A DNA stretch of 64,000 nucleotides from Sneathiellales bacterium. GTDB lineage: Bacteria; Pseudomonadota; Alphaproteobacteria; JANQFL01. Below are positions 50,666 through 62,061 of this stretch, piece after piece. The position numbers and the translations under genes are program-made. The notes below the pieces were generated by a model. It did no database searches and had not been told where the DNA came from. It worked only from the letters and a program-made list of their open reading frames with translations. How positions within the stretch are numbered: position 1 is the first letter of the stretch; the number at the start of each line of letters is the position of its first letter. The DNA lies in the NCBI GenBank assembly GCA_028277845.1, contig JANQFL010000011.1, forward strand, positions 200,887-264,886, in the 5' to 3' direction.

Positions 50666-51205
50666 TCAGTTGGCGTCGCGGATCTGCTGGTAGGCTTCGC
50701 GGCAGGCGGCGATGTTCTGCTGCTGCTTGGCCGGCGCGGTCTGTTCGATGACCTCGCACATGGTCTCGATGCCCGGCTCGTCGAGGGCGGCGACGAAGGC
50801 GCCGAGCAGGGCCGAGTTGACCACCTTGCCCAGGTCGTTCTTCTGGGCGATGTCCAGCCCGTCCACCGGCACGAAGGTGTAGTTGCCCAAATCGGCAAAG
50901 GCTTCTTTCGGCTGGCGGGAATTGACGACGACGGTGGTGCCTTCCTCGACACCGCGCAGGAAGGTTTCGTCCAACAGGCTGTCGTCGAAACACAACATGG
51001 CCGACGCCTCCTCGATGTTGCAGCGCAGGCGGATCGGCTTTTCGTCCACGCGCAACGACGACGTCACCGGCGTGCCGCGCCGGGCGCCGCCGTAGGTGGC
51101 GAATGTCTGGACATACTGGCCTTCGTCGAAATAGGCCCGGGCCAACTGGTTGCCCGCCGTTTGCGCACCCTGGCCGCCGCGGCCGAGGATCACGATCTCG
51201 CGCAT
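50666..51205 (-). CDS. 2-oxoacid:ferredoxin oxidoreductase gamma subunit
   Basis: MREIVILGRGGQGAQTAGNQLARA is a typical PorG N-terminus. The track ORF begins 34 codons upstream. Confidence 0.8.
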   Translation of the reverse strand: MREIVILGRGGQGAQTAGNQLARAYFDEGQYVQTFATYGGARRGTPVTSSLRVDEKPIRLRCNIEEASAMLCFDDSLLDETFLRGVEEGTTVVVNSRQPKEAFADLGNYTFVPVDGLDIAQKNDLGKVVNSALLGAFVAALDEPGIETMCEVIEQTAPAKQQQNIAACREAYQQIRDAN

Positions 51206-51302
51206 GGTCTCTTCCCCCGATCGTTGTTGTCGCCCGGCGTCCACGCACACGGGTTCGCGCACGCCACGAGCCGCCCTGGGCAATACCCATCGCGTGCGTG
51301 AG

Positions 51303-51348
51303 GTCAATAATAGTTGACCCCGCCAACAATTTATTTGATCGAAATCAG
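51303..51348. promoter_or_regulatory. Candidate regulatory site upstream of the por operon: palindrome GGTCAA-N6-TTGACC and a near-consensus FNR-type box TTGATcgaaATCAg
   Basis: Seen directly at 51303-51320 and 51335-51348, about 100-140 bp upstream of the porG start. Confidence 0.3.
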
Positions 51349-51399
51349 GACGACCGCGCCAATAGGAGGATACGGTCCGTTCGAAATATCTGTTTTAGT

Positions 51400-52428
51400 T
51401 CAATGGATTGACCCGAATGACCGAGTCCGCGCATGCGACATCGCCAGCGATTTTTTCGATGCGCCCGTGATGGCCGCCAACATGTCGGACTTGAACGCCG
51501 CCGGCGGCCGGGTACACAGCGTCACCCGGCGGGCACTCACCACAAGGGGCGACGCCACCAGTTCGAGACCGACCGGATAGAGATGGAACAGCCAATTTGT
51601 TCGGACTTCGGCCGGCACCTCCCGGCAGGTAAACCCGCTCCCATCGGCGGCATAGGCGACGGCCAACGAATCGAAGGGTGAAAATCCACGGCGTTCGATA
51701 TCCTCGCGCCAATAGCGCAGCCAGCCGCGTGACCGGTCGGCGAGCCAGGCCCCAAGGGAACCCGACGCTTTCACCTTGTCCATGTCGCGGGCTGTGACCG
51801 TGACCTGGCGAGCTGTGTTGAACGGCATCAGCACCAACGGCACCAGGCTTTTCATCACCGTCTCCACCGCCGTTTCCCCAAGGCAGATGTTGAAATCGCG
51901 GAAATGCACCCAGTGATTGGGACCGGGATGGAACATCTCGCCGGGCCGCGACTTGCCGGCCACCATGACAATGCGGGTGATGTTGGCGGCCAGGTCAGGC
52001 CGGGTGCGCAGCAGCGACGCGATGTTGGTCAACGGGCCGAGGGCGATGATCTCCAGCAAACCCTCTTCGAGGGCGCGGATCAGGCCCTTGCGGGCCGGTG
52101 TGGCCCCGAAGTCCTCGGCGTCCTCGGCGCCCCGCAACGGCGGCGGTGCGCCCAGTTTGGACAGCAATGTGGTGGCGATACTGGTGGCGGTTTCGATGTC
52201 CGTGTTGCCGAACACGGTACTGACCCCGGCTATGCGCCAGTCCGTGTGGGCGAAGGCCTGTACCAGGGCCAGGCAATCGTCGACATCGGCCTTGGGTTTG
52301 CTGCCGCAGGCCGGATCGGTGTCGATCCAGACGCGCTTGGATATGGGCGCTGCGTTAGTGGCAACGGCAAACAGTAGCCCAACACAGGCCGTCAGAACGG
52401 ACATCACGCGCATCGATCCCCTCCCCAA
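51400..52428 (-). CDS. Nucleoside hydrolase (inosine-uridine preferring family), secreted
   Basis: Signal peptide, then the Asp-cluster motif VWIDTDPACG...DD. Confidence 0.8.
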   Translation of the reverse strand: MGRGSMRVMSVLTACVGLLFAVATNAAPISKRVWIDTDPACGSKPKADVDDCLALVQAFAHTDWRIAGVSTVFGNTDIETATSIATTLLSKLGAPPPLRGAEDAEDFGATPARKGLIRALEEGLLEIIALGPLTNIASLLRTRPDLAANITRIVMVAGKSRPGEMFHPGPNHWVHFRDFNICLGETAVETVMKSLVPLVLMPFNTARQVTVTARDMDKVKASGSLGAWLADRSRGWLRYWREDIERRGFSPFDSLAVAYAADGSGFTCREVPAEVRTNWLFHLYPVGLELVASPLVVSARRVTLCTRPPAAFKSDMLAAITGASKKSLAMSHARTRSFGSIH

Positions 52429-52441
52429 GGGTCGTGTGTGA

Positions 52442-53938
52442 TCAGTTCAGGTACCGTACTTTCAGATGGGCCTTGAAGGCGTCGGTTTTCAAGGGTTGGT
52501 TGGTGGCCCGCTCCAACACGGCGTCGGTGCCGTGGCGTGAGCCCCATTGGTGCACATTCTCGCGCACCCAGGCGATCAACGGCGCGAAGTCGCCGGCGGC
52601 GATGAGGTCGTCGAGGCCGTCGATGGCGGCGCGGGCGGCGGCGAACAGTTGGGCGGCGGCCAGGGCGCCCAGGGTGTAGGTGGGGAAGTATCCAAACGCG
52701 CCGTCGGGCCAGTGGATATCCTGCAGGCAGCCGTCGGCATCGTTGGGCGGCGTGATGCCGACCAGTTCGGCCATGCCGTCGTTCCAGGCAACCGGCAGGT
52801 CGGCGATGGCCAGGTCGCCGGCGATCATGGCGCGCTCGAGCCGGGTGCGCAGAATGACGTGCAGGGGATAGGTCGCCTCGTCGGCGTCGACGCGGATCAG
52901 GCCGCGCTCGACCCGCTGATAGAGCCGTTTGAGGTTTTCCACCGACCAGACCGGGCCTTCCCCGCCGAAGGCCTTTTGCATCAGCGGTGCGGCGTAGCGC
53001 AGGAACGGCTCGCCCCGGCACACCTGCATCTCCACCAACAAGGACTGGCTTTCGTGCAGAACCATGCCGCGCGCCACGCCGACCGGCTGGTGTCGCCAGT
53101 CTGCCGGCAGGCCCATCTCGTACAGCGCGTGGCCGGTTTCATGCAGGGTGCCCATCAGCGATTGGGTGAAGTCGTCCTCGGTATAGCGGGTGGTCAGGCG
53201 CACATCGTCGGGAACGCCGCCGGTGAACGGATGCAGCGAGACATCCAATCGGCCATGATTGAAGTCGAAACCAAGGGCGCGCATCAGGTCCTCGCCCAAC
53301 CGGCGCTGTGCCTCGACGGCAAACGGGCCTTGCGGCGCCTCCGGCACGCCACGGACCGCCTGCGCCTCCAAGGCCTCTCCCACAAATCCGGGCAGGAACG
53401 CCTCCAAATCGGCGAACAGCGTATCGATTTCGTCCGCCGACACGCCGGGTTCGAATTGGTCCAACAATGCGTCATAGGGCGCGCAGCCGAAGGCGTCCCC
53501 CTTGGCGGCGGCGGCCTCCTTGACCAGTTCGAGCACCGTTTCCTGGTGCGGCCGGAAGGTGGCGAAGTCGTCATCCGCCCGGGCCTGACGCCAGGCCATT
53601 TCGCAGGTGGACGCGGCCTTGGACAAGGCCTCGACCAACGAAGCATCCACCGCCGTCGCGTGACGCCAGTCACGCCGCATTTCGATCAGATTGGCGTTTT
53701 GCCAGGGATCGAGGTCCGCGCGATCCGCTTCGGCCGCATCGAGCAGGTCGGCCAGCGCGGGATCGGAAATCAACTCGTGGCCCAAAACGCTCAGCGCCGC
53801 CAGTTGCTCCGCCCGCGCACCGGCGCCGCCGGCTGGCATCAGTACCGATTTGTCCCAGCCCAGTATGGCCGCCGCCTCGCCGAGCAGCGACATGCGGCGA
53901 AACCGGGTTTCCAGTTCGCTGTAGGCGGAGGCGCTCAT
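52442..53938 (-). CDS. M32 family carboxypeptidase (Taq-type)
   Basis: HExxH in the context GTLHETGHALYEMG plus downstream motifs conserved in the family. 498 aa. Confidence 0.85.
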   Translation of the reverse strand: MSASAYSELETRFRRMSLLGEAAAILGWDKSVLMPAGGAGARAEQLAALSVLGHELISDPALADLLDAAEADRADLDPWQNANLIEMRRDWRHATAVDASLVEALSKAASTCEMAWRQARADDDFATFRPHQETVLELVKEAAAAKGDAFGCAPYDALLDQFEPGVSADEIDTLFADLEAFLPGFVGEALEAQAVRGVPEAPQGPFAVEAQRRLGEDLMRALGFDFNHGRLDVSLHPFTGGVPDDVRLTTRYTEDDFTQSLMGTLHETGHALYEMGLPADWRHQPVGVARGMVLHESQSLLVEMQVCRGEPFLRYAAPLMQKAFGGEGPVWSVENLKRLYQRVERGLIRVDADEATYPLHVILRTRLERAMIAGDLAIADLPVAWNDGMAELVGITPPNDADGCLQDIHWPDGAFGYFPTYTLGALAAAQLFAAARAAIDGLDDLIAAGDFAPLIAWVRENVHQWGSRHGTDAVLERATNQPLKTDAFKAHLKVRYLN

Positions 53939-54678
53939 GGCGCGTCGCCGTCAATCCGTTTGCGGCTGAACAGGTAAAACACCACGGCAAGTACGATGGC
54001 CAGGGCAAACCAGGTCATGGCGTATTGCAGATGGTCGTTGCGGAAGGTCACCCGGGTCTGGCCGCCGAGCGGGAGACCACCGGGATTGGCTGTGTCGTCT
54101 GCTTCGACGAACAAGTCCGGCACGGTGACCCCGGCCAGCTGCGCCATGCCGGCGGCATCGCCCCAGAACCATACGTTCTTGTCCAAGTCGTTTTCCGGCA
54201 TGAACAGGTTTTTTGTCCAAGGCAGACGCACGAGGCCGTTGACGGTAACCGGACCCGTCACCTGGCCTTCGCTGCGACTCGCCACGTCTTTGTTGTCGGT
54301 CGGCACCCAGCCCCGGTTGACCAGCACGGTGCCACCGCCGTCGGTCCGCACCAGCGGCGTAATGACGGCATAGCCGAGCCGCCCCTTGCGGTCGTGGGCC
54401 AACAGATGGGCTTCCTTGTCGTGCAGGAAATGACCGCTGACGGTCACCCGGCGATAGCGCCAGGGCGTCGTGTCGGCGATCTCCGCCGGCAGCGCCACCG
54501 CCGGCTCGTTCATCTGGGCCGTAACGGTATCGATCAGGTCCTGCTTCCAGAACAGGCGCTGGATTTGCCAGCCGCCGAGGCCGAGAAGCACGATCAAGGC
54601 GAGCGCGGCGCAGACGGTCAGCCACGGGGTGGGACGAAAGGCGTAACGGGGTCGGTCAGTCTGTGTATCGGTGTTCAC
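53935..54678 (-). CDS. SURF1 family cytochrome oxidase assembly protein
   Basis: Two TM helices flank a periplasmic domain. Has the RLFWKQDL-like N-terminus. Adjacent to the cta genes. Confidence 0.85.
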   Translation of the reverse strand: MNTDTQTDRPRYAFRPTPWLTVCAALALIVLLGLGGWQIQRLFWKQDLIDTVTAQMNEPAVALPAEIADTTPWRYRRVTVSGHFLHDKEAHLLAHDRKGRLGYAVITPLVRTDGGGTVLVNRGWVPTDNKDVASRSEGQVTGPVTVNGLVRLPWTKNLFMPENDLDKNVWFWGDAAGMAQLAGVTVPDLFVEADDTANPGGLPLGGQTRVTFRNDHLQYAMTWFALAIVLAVVFYLFSRKRIDGDAP

Positions 54679-55030
54679 GGGCCTTGTGCTTGTACTGCAG
54701 GGCGATCAGCAGCCCCTTCAACGGACGTAGGAGACCCAGGCTGACGATCAAGATGGCCGGGATCCAAATGGTCAACTGCAACCAATAGGGCGGATGGAAG
54801 GTGAACTCCACCCAAAACGCCAAGGCGACGATGACGGCGCCGGCGATGAGAATAACGAACACGGCGGGGCCGTCACCGGAATCGAATTGCTTGTAGTCCA
54901 GGCCGCAATGGCCGCACTGGTCCGGCAGGGTGAGAACACCTTGAAAAAGTTTCCCCTGCCCGCAGCGGGGACACCGGCTGGTGAATCCCGTACGGACAGG
55001 GGAGATCGGTGGAAACCGTTGGTCCGTCAT
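54656..55030 (-). CDS. DUF983 family small membrane protein
   Basis: CPRCGQGKLFQG...CGHCGLDY zinc-ribbon-like region plus TM helices. Likely start MTDQRFP (the track ORF extends further). Confidence 0.55.
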   Translation of the reverse strand: MTDQRFPPISPVRTGFTSRCPRCGQGKLFQGVLTLPDQCGHCGLDYKQFDSGDGPAVFVILIAGAVIVALAFWVEFTFHPPYWLQLTIWIPAILIVSLGLLRPLKGLLIALQYKHKAREHRYTD

Positions 55031-55049
55031 GAAACGACGGAAGAATGCA

Positions 55050-55841
55050 TCAGCTGCCCCAGATGTAGATGCAGAAGAACAGGAACAGCCAGACCACGTC
55101 GACGAAGTGCCAATACCAGGCGGCCGCCTCGAAGCCGAAATGGTGATCCGGCTTGTAGTGGCCCTTGACCGCACGCACCAGGCAGACGATCAGGAAGATG
55201 GTGCCGATGATGACATGGGCGCCGTGGAAGCCGGTGGCCATGTAGAAGGTCGAACCATAAATGCCGCCGTCGAACGTGAACGCGGCATGGCCGTATTCGT
55301 AGGCCTGCACGGCCGTAAACGTCAGTCCGAGCGCGATGGTCAGCACCAGGCCCCAGACCAGACCACTGCGGTTGCCTTCGCGCAGGGCATGGTGGGCCCA
55401 GGTCACGGTGGCGCCCGAGGTCAACAGGATCAGGGTATTGATCAGCGGCAGGTGCCAGGGATCGAATGTCTCAATGCCTTCCGGCGGCCAGACATTGCCC
55501 ATGGCCTCGGTCGGGAACAGGCTGGCATTGAAAAAGGCCCAAAACCAGGCGACGAAGAACATCACCTCGGAGGCGATGAACAGCGCCATGCCGTAGCGCA
55601 GGCCGATCTGCACGACGGGCTTGTGGAAGCCGCCGAATTCGCCCTCGTTGACCACGTCGCGCCACCAGCCGTACATGGTGTACGCCACGGCCAGGCCGCC
55701 GATGACCATGAGCCACAGGCCTCCGGTCATTTCGTGCATCCACATGACGCAGCCGCCCGTCAGGGCCAGCGCCGCCATGGAGCCGACGAGCGGCCACGGG
55801 CTGGGATCTACCAGATGATAATCGTGATTAGCGTGGGCCAT
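55050..55841 (-). CDS. ctaE: Cytochrome c oxidase subunit III
   Basis: [21 protein letters not shown] is a canonical COX3 N-terminus. Seven TM helices. Confidence 0.9.
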   Translation of the reverse strand: MAHANHDYHLVDPSPWPLVGSMAALALTGGCVMWMHEMTGGLWLMVIGGLAVAYTMYGWWRDVVNEGEFGGFHKPVVQIGLRYGMALFIASEVMFFVAWFWAFFNASLFPTEAMGNVWPPEGIETFDPWHLPLINTLILLTSGATVTWAHHALREGNRSGLVWGLVLTIALGLTFTAVQAYEYGHAAFTFDGGIYGSTFYMATGFHGAHVIIGTIFLIVCLVRAVKGHYKPDHHFGFEAAAWYWHFVDVVWLFLFFCIYIWGS

Positions 55842-55862
55842 AGTTTTCTATTCTCCCAAAAC

Positions 55863-56507
55863 CTACGACTTCCCGTCCCGCCGCGCCGACATACCGGCGC
55901 CGGCGAGAATTTCCTGATCCTGACGGCCGTCAGGCCCCAACAACGCGGCACGGTCGGCCTCTCCCCGGCCGTCCTGGTCCTTCACCTTGAAGAAGGTGTA
56001 GGACAGGGTGATGGTGTGCACGTCCTTCATGTTGGGGTCGTTGACGATATCGGGATCGACAAAGAACGACACCGGCATATCGACCGTCTGGCCGGGCGCC
56101 AGTGCCTGTTCGGTAAAGCAGAAGCAATCCACTTTGTTGAAATAGATGCCCGCCTTGTGCGGGGTGACGTTATAGGTCGACGTGCCGACCAAACGGCCGT
56201 CGCTCCTGTTGGTCGCCTGATAGAACGCCAACGCGTTTTCGCCGACCTTGACCGCGATTTCGCGTTGCACAGGCTTGAAACGCCAATTCAGATCGCGCGC
56301 CTTGTCGGAATTGAAACGGACGGTGATCACCCGGTCGGACACGATCGTCTGGTCCGGAGCAACCTCCGCCGTCTGCTGGGTCGTACCGCCATAGCCGGTG
56401 ACTTGGCAGAACAGTTGATACAGCGGCACCGAGGCGTAGGCCGCGCCGACCATGGCGACGGCGATCCCCCCCAGGGCGAAAGCGGTTGTTCTGTTGCGCG
56501 CGCTCAT
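55863..56507 (-). CDS. ctaG: Cytochrome c oxidase assembly protein CtaG/Cox11
   Basis: Cox11 pattern (VPLYQLFCQVTGYGGTTQ), with the CFCF copper motif present. Confidence 0.85.
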   Translation of the reverse strand: MSARNRTTAFALGGIAVAMVGAAYASVPLYQLFCQVTGYGGTTQQTAEVAPDQTIVSDRVITVRFNSDKARDLNWRFKPVQREIAVKVGENALAFYQATNRSDGRLVGTSTYNVTPHKAGIYFNKVDCFCFTEQALAPGQTVDMPVSFFVDPDIVNDPNMKDVHTITLSYTFFKVKDQDGRGEADRAALLGPDGRQDQEILAGAGMSARRDGKS

Positions 56508-56626
56508 CCCTGACCTCCTAGGCGCACGATCGTGATGGCGAAAAACAAAACGACCAGACCGACCAGGACCAACGCCAAGGCGATGTTGCGGCCGCGCCGC
56601 TTTTTATGTTCCTCGGTGATCGGCAT
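56504..56626 (-). CDS. Small (40 aa) single-TM protein between ctaB and ctaG, absent from the ORF track. Possible CoxF-like oxidase-associated peptide
   Basis: Minus-strand translation reads MPITEEHKKRRGRNIALALVLVGLVVLFFAITIVRLGGQG*. The stop TGA overlaps the ATG of ctaG (ATGA), and the ORF is 5 nt downstream of ctaB. Confidence 0.45.
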   Translation of the reverse strand: MPITEEHKKRRGRNIALALVLVGLVVLFFAITIVRLGGQG

Positions 56627-56630
56627 GACG

Positions 56631-57554
56631 TCAGGTCCATCCCACCAGTCCTTCGGTCAACAGCACGGCAAACAGCAGGAACAGGTACAGAATGGAAAAC
56701 CCGAACAGTTGCCTGGCCGGTTTCTGCTGCTCGCTGCCGTCGTGGAAGACCCGGACGGCACCAGCCAGGAACACGACACCGAGCGCCGCCGCCATGACGC
56801 CATAAACCGCGCTGACCATGCCCATGAACCAGGGCAACAGCGTGATCGGTACCAGCAGAACACTGTAGATCAGAATTTGCAGGCGGGTTTCACGCAGGCC
56901 GGCAACCACCGGCAGCATGGGTACGCCGACCCGGGCATAATCACCGCAACGGTAGAGCGCCAGCGACCAGAAGTGCGGCGGCGTCCACATGAAGATGATG
57001 GCGAACAGGGCCAACCCGCCCAGGCTGATATCGCCGGTGACGGCGGCCCAGGCGACCATGGGCGGAAACGCGCCGGCGGCACCGCCGATGACGATGTTCT
57101 GCGGCGTCCGGCGTTTCAGCCACATGGTGTAGACGAAGACGTAGAAGCCGATGGTGAAGGCCAGCAGTGCCGCGGCCACCCAATTGACCGCCAAACCCAT
57201 CACCAGCACCGAACCGCCCGCCAGGATGGCGCCGAAGGCCAGGGCTTCGTTGGCGCCGACACGGCCGGCGGGAATCGGACGGTTTTTCGTCCGCTTCATG
57301 TCCGCGTCGATATCGGCGTCGTACCACATGTTGATCGCGCCCGACGCGCCGGCGCCGACCGCGATACACAGGATGGCGACCGCCGCCAGGACCGGATGCA
57401 GCTCTCCCGGCGCCAGCACCATGCCGGTCAGCGCGGTGAACACCACCAGCGACATCACCCTGGGCTTGAGCAGGGCGAAGTAGTCGGCCGCCCGGGCGCC
57501 GCTCTCGGCGGCGTCACGGGCGTTCGACTGAACGGCTATGGTGTTTTCACGCAC
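56631..57554 (-). CDS. ctaB: Protoheme IX farnesyltransferase (heme O synthase)
   Basis: UbiA-family pattern ([20 protein letters not shown]...[23 protein letters not shown]). Confidence 0.9.
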   Translation of the reverse strand: MRENTIAVQSNARDAAESGARAADYFALLKPRVMSLVVFTALTGMVLAPGELHPVLAAVAILCIAVGAGASGAINMWYDADIDADMKRTKNRPIPAGRVGANEALAFGAILAGGSVLVMGLAVNWVAAALLAFTIGFYVFVYTMWLKRRTPQNIVIGGAAGAFPPMVAWAAVTGDISLGGLALFAIIFMWTPPHFWSLALYRCGDYARVGVPMLPVVAGLRETRLQILIYSVLLVPITLLPWFMGMVSAVYGVMAAALGVVFLAGAVRVFHDGSEQQKPARQLFGFSILYLFLLFAVLLTEGLVGWT

Positions 57555-57578
57555 CGGGGTCTTCCCTTCCCTAACGGA

Positions 57579-59192
<1,614 letters not shown>

Positions 59193-60113
59193 TTATTTGG
59201 GTTCGTTGGCGGTGACGGCGGCCACCTGGCGGGTCGTGTCGTCGGCGGAGGCGAATTCCTCCTTCGCGAACTCGAGCCATTTCGCATAGGCCTCCTTGGT
59301 CACGACCTTCACTTCGATGGGCATGAAGCCGTGATTGACGCCGCACAGCTCCGAACATTGACCGTAGAACAACGCACCGTCATCGGTCTTCTGCGTCAGG
59401 TCGCTGAGCTTCGGCGAACGGAACCAGGTTTCATTGACCCGGCCAGGCACGGCATCCATCTTGACGCCGAAGGACGGGATGGCCCAGGCGTGAATGACGT
59501 CCGAGGCGGTAACCAGCAGGCGAATTTCCGTGTCTTCCGGCACGACGACGGCGTTGTCGGTGGACAGCAGCCGGACCTGATTGCCCTCGATGTCCTCGTC
59601 GGCCACCATGATGGAGTCGAAGGTGAAGTCGCCGTGGTCGGGATATTCGTAGGACCAGTACCACTGGTGGCCGATCGCCTTGATGGTCATCTCCGGGTTG
59701 GCCGCCTTGTCCTGGAAATAGAGCAGCTTGAAGGACGGGATGGCGATGACGACCAGGATGATCACCGGGATCACCGTCCACGCCACTTCCAGCAGCGTGT
59801 TGTGGGTCGTCTTGGAGGGCACCGGATTACGCTTCTCGCTGAAGCGGAACATGGCGTAGCCCAGCAGCACCGTCACGAACAGCGCGATCACCGTAATGAT
59901 GATCAGCAGCAGGTCGTGAAATTCCTGGATGTCATGCATCACCGGGGTCACGGCGGACTGAAAGCCCATTTGCCAATCCGTCGGCACGCCCTCTCCGGCG
60001 TGAGCGGCGAAACCCGCACTAAGTGCCATCGTCATGACCGCCAATGCGGTTAAACCTTTTTTGAACGACATGATTTCCTTCATGCTCCTCTCGGCAGGCA
60101 ACACACGGCACAA
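59193..60113 (-). CDS. ctaC: Cytochrome c oxidase subunit II
   Basis: Signal peptide, two TM helices and the CuA motif CSELCGVNHGFMP. Confidence 0.9.
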   Translation of the reverse strand: MCRVLPAERSMKEIMSFKKGLTALAVMTMALSAGFAAHAGEGVPTDWQMGFQSAVTPVMHDIQEFHDLLLIIITVIALFVTVLLGYAMFRFSEKRNPVPSKTTHNTLLEVAWTVIPVIILVVIAIPSFKLLYFQDKAANPEMTIKAIGHQWYWSYEYPDHGDFTFDSIMVADEDIEGNQVRLLSTDNAVVVPEDTEIRLLVTASDVIHAWAIPSFGVKMDAVPGRVNETWFRSPKLSDLTQKTDDGALFYGQCSELCGVNHGFMPIEVKVVTKEAYAKWLEFAKEEFASADDTTRQVAAVTANEPK

Positions 60114-60323
60114 GGCGCTGCGCCGCGGATGGTCGAACCGGTGTGTTTCCTGGATGCCCTAATCGTCTTGCCTATTATATGTCTTCGTCTGCTTATGGGT
60201 GTGCAGCGTGAAGAGAAATCTACACTACCGATTTCAGCCGCAACAACCCTGCCCCTGTCGAAGAACGTTTGTATTATTTGCGCCTTCACCTACACCCTGA
60301 AAACCGCTTCTGTCCACGAAAAA

Positions 60324-60337
60324 TTGATCTCGATCAA
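60324..60337. promoter_or_regulatory. Perfect FNR/FixK-type (Crp-Fnr family) box TTGAT-CTCG-ATCAA in the ctaC / tldD divergent promoter region
   Basis: Seen directly. It matches the TTGAT-N4-ATCAA consensus exactly. It is 211 bp from the ctaC start and 225 bp from the tldD start. Confidence 0.45.
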
Positions 60338-60561
60338 GTCGTGCGCCGCCGTCGACGCGTTGACAAATGCGACGATATGACGCACTTCGCTGACCAAGGC
60401 GATTGGAATGGCCGACCGCACATAGTTGAAACCTTGCCGGTGGACCGCCACGTTGCGGAAAAGACTTCGGCGTCAATTGGTTCTATAGTGCCTTCGCCCA
60501 ATCTCGCCAACTATGGGCAAACATTTGATTTATTTAGGTATTTCGCCGACAGGAGGCTGTC

Positions 60562-61995
60562 ATGAGCCGCAAGACATCGCCCGATGAACTGTTTTTCACC
60601 CGTACCGGCATGGACCCGGACCGGGTCCAGGCCATCACCGGCGATGCGCTACACGGTGCCGACGACGGCGAGCTGTTCCTGGAATACTGCCAGTCCGAGA
60701 GTTTCGCCTGGGATGATGGCCGATTGAAAAGCGCGAGCTTCGATACGTCCCAGGGTTTCGGCTTGCGGGCGGTGTCCGGGGAACAAACCGGCTACGCACA
60801 CGCTTCCGAGTTGAGCGAGGCGGCGATCAAGCGCGCCTCCGATACGGTCAAGGCGGTCCGTGCCGGCCATGGCGGTGTCATGGCCGAGGGCCCGGCCCGC
60901 ACCAATGCCCATTTGTATGCCGAAGACAACCCGATCAACGCCGTCGACTTCGCGGACAAGGTGAAACTGCTGTCCGATATCGATGCCTATGCCCGCGGCC
61001 TCGACGACCGGGTCCGTCAGGTCTCGGCGTCGTTGTCCGGCTCCTGGCAGGCCGTGCACATCATGCGGTCGGATGGGGAACGGGTCTCGGACATCCGTCC
61101 TCTGGTCCGGTTAAACGTTTCGGTGGTGGTCGGTGACGGCGACCGGCAGGAAGCCGGCTCCCACGGCGCCGGCGGGCGCACCGCCTATGAGCACTATCTC
61201 GACCCGGCGACCTGGCGCGACCAGGTGGACGAAGCTTTGCGCCAAGCCGTGGTCAATCTGGATTCGGTGCCGGCGCCGGCCGGCGAGATGCAGGTCGTGC
61301 TCGGACCCGGCTGGCCCGGCATCCTGTTGCACGAGGCGGTCGGGCACGGCCTGGAGGGCGACTTCAACCGCAAGCAGACCAGCGCCTTCGCCGGTCTGCT
61401 GGGCGAACGGGTGGCGTCGCCGGGCGTCACCGTCGTCGACGACGGCACGATCACCGACCGCCGTGGATCCCTGACCGTCGACGACGAAGGCACGCCGACG
61501 TCGCGCACGGTGCTGATCGAGGACGGCATACTCAAGGGCTATATGCAGGACCGGCTGAATGCCCGCCTCATGGGCGTGGCGCCGACCGGCAACGGCCGCC
61601 GCCAAGGCTACGACCACATGCCCATGCCGCGCATGACCAACACCTACATGCCGTCGGGCGACGCCGATCCGGAGGAAATGCTGCGCTCGGTCGGCAAGGG
61701 CCTTTACGCCGTCAATTTCGGCGGCGGCCAGGTCGACATCACCAGCGGCAAGTTCGTGTTCACCTGCACCGAGGCCTACATGGTGGAGGACGGCAAGGTG
61801 GGCGCCCCGGTGAAGGGCGCCACCCTGATCGGCAACGGTCCGGAAGTGCTGACCCGCGTCAAGGCGGTGGGCAACGACATGGCCCTCGACCCAGGCGTCG
61901 GCACCTGCGGCAAGAACGGCCAGGGCGTGCCGGTCGGCGTCGGCCAGCCCACATTGCTGATCGACGGCCTGACCGTCGGCGGCACGGCGGCTTAA
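60562..61995 (+). CDS. tldD: Metalloprotease TldD
   Basis: HEAVGHGLEGDF zinc motif. 477 aa PmbA/TldD family. Confidence 0.9.
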   Translation: MSRKTSPDELFFTRTGMDPDRVQAITGDALHGADDGELFLEYCQSESFAWDDGRLKSASFDTSQGFGLRAVSGEQTGYAHASELSEAAIKRASDTVKAVRAGHGGVMAEGPARTNAHLYAEDNPINAVDFADKVKLLSDIDAYARGLDDRVRQVSASLSGSWQAVHIMRSDGERVSDIRPLVRLNVSVVVGDGDRQEAGSHGAGGRTAYEHYLDPATWRDQVDEALRQAVVNLDSVPAPAGEMQVVLGPGWPGILLHEAVGHGLEGDFNRKQTSAFAGLLGERVASPGVTVVDDGTITDRRGSLTVDDEGTPTSRTVLIEDGILKGYMQDRLNARLMGVAPTGNGRRQGYDHMPMPRMTNTYMPSGDADPEEMLRSVGKGLYAVNFGGGQVDITSGKFVFTCTEAYMVEDGKVGAPVKGATLIGNGPEVLTRVKAVGNDMALDPGVGTCGKNGQGVPVGVGQPTLLIDGLTVGGTAA

Positions 61996-62014
61996 ACCGG
62001 CGCCACGCAAAAAA

Positions 62015-62040
62015 GGGCGTCCCGCGGGACGCCCTTTCTC
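62015..62040. terminator. Bidirectional rho-independent terminator between the convergent tldD and phoD genes
   Basis: GGGCGTCCC-gcg-GGGACGCCC stem with an A6 tract upstream and a T-rich tract (TTTCTCGTT) downstream. Confidence 0.6.
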
Positions 62041-62061
62041 GTTGCACCCGATGACACGCCG

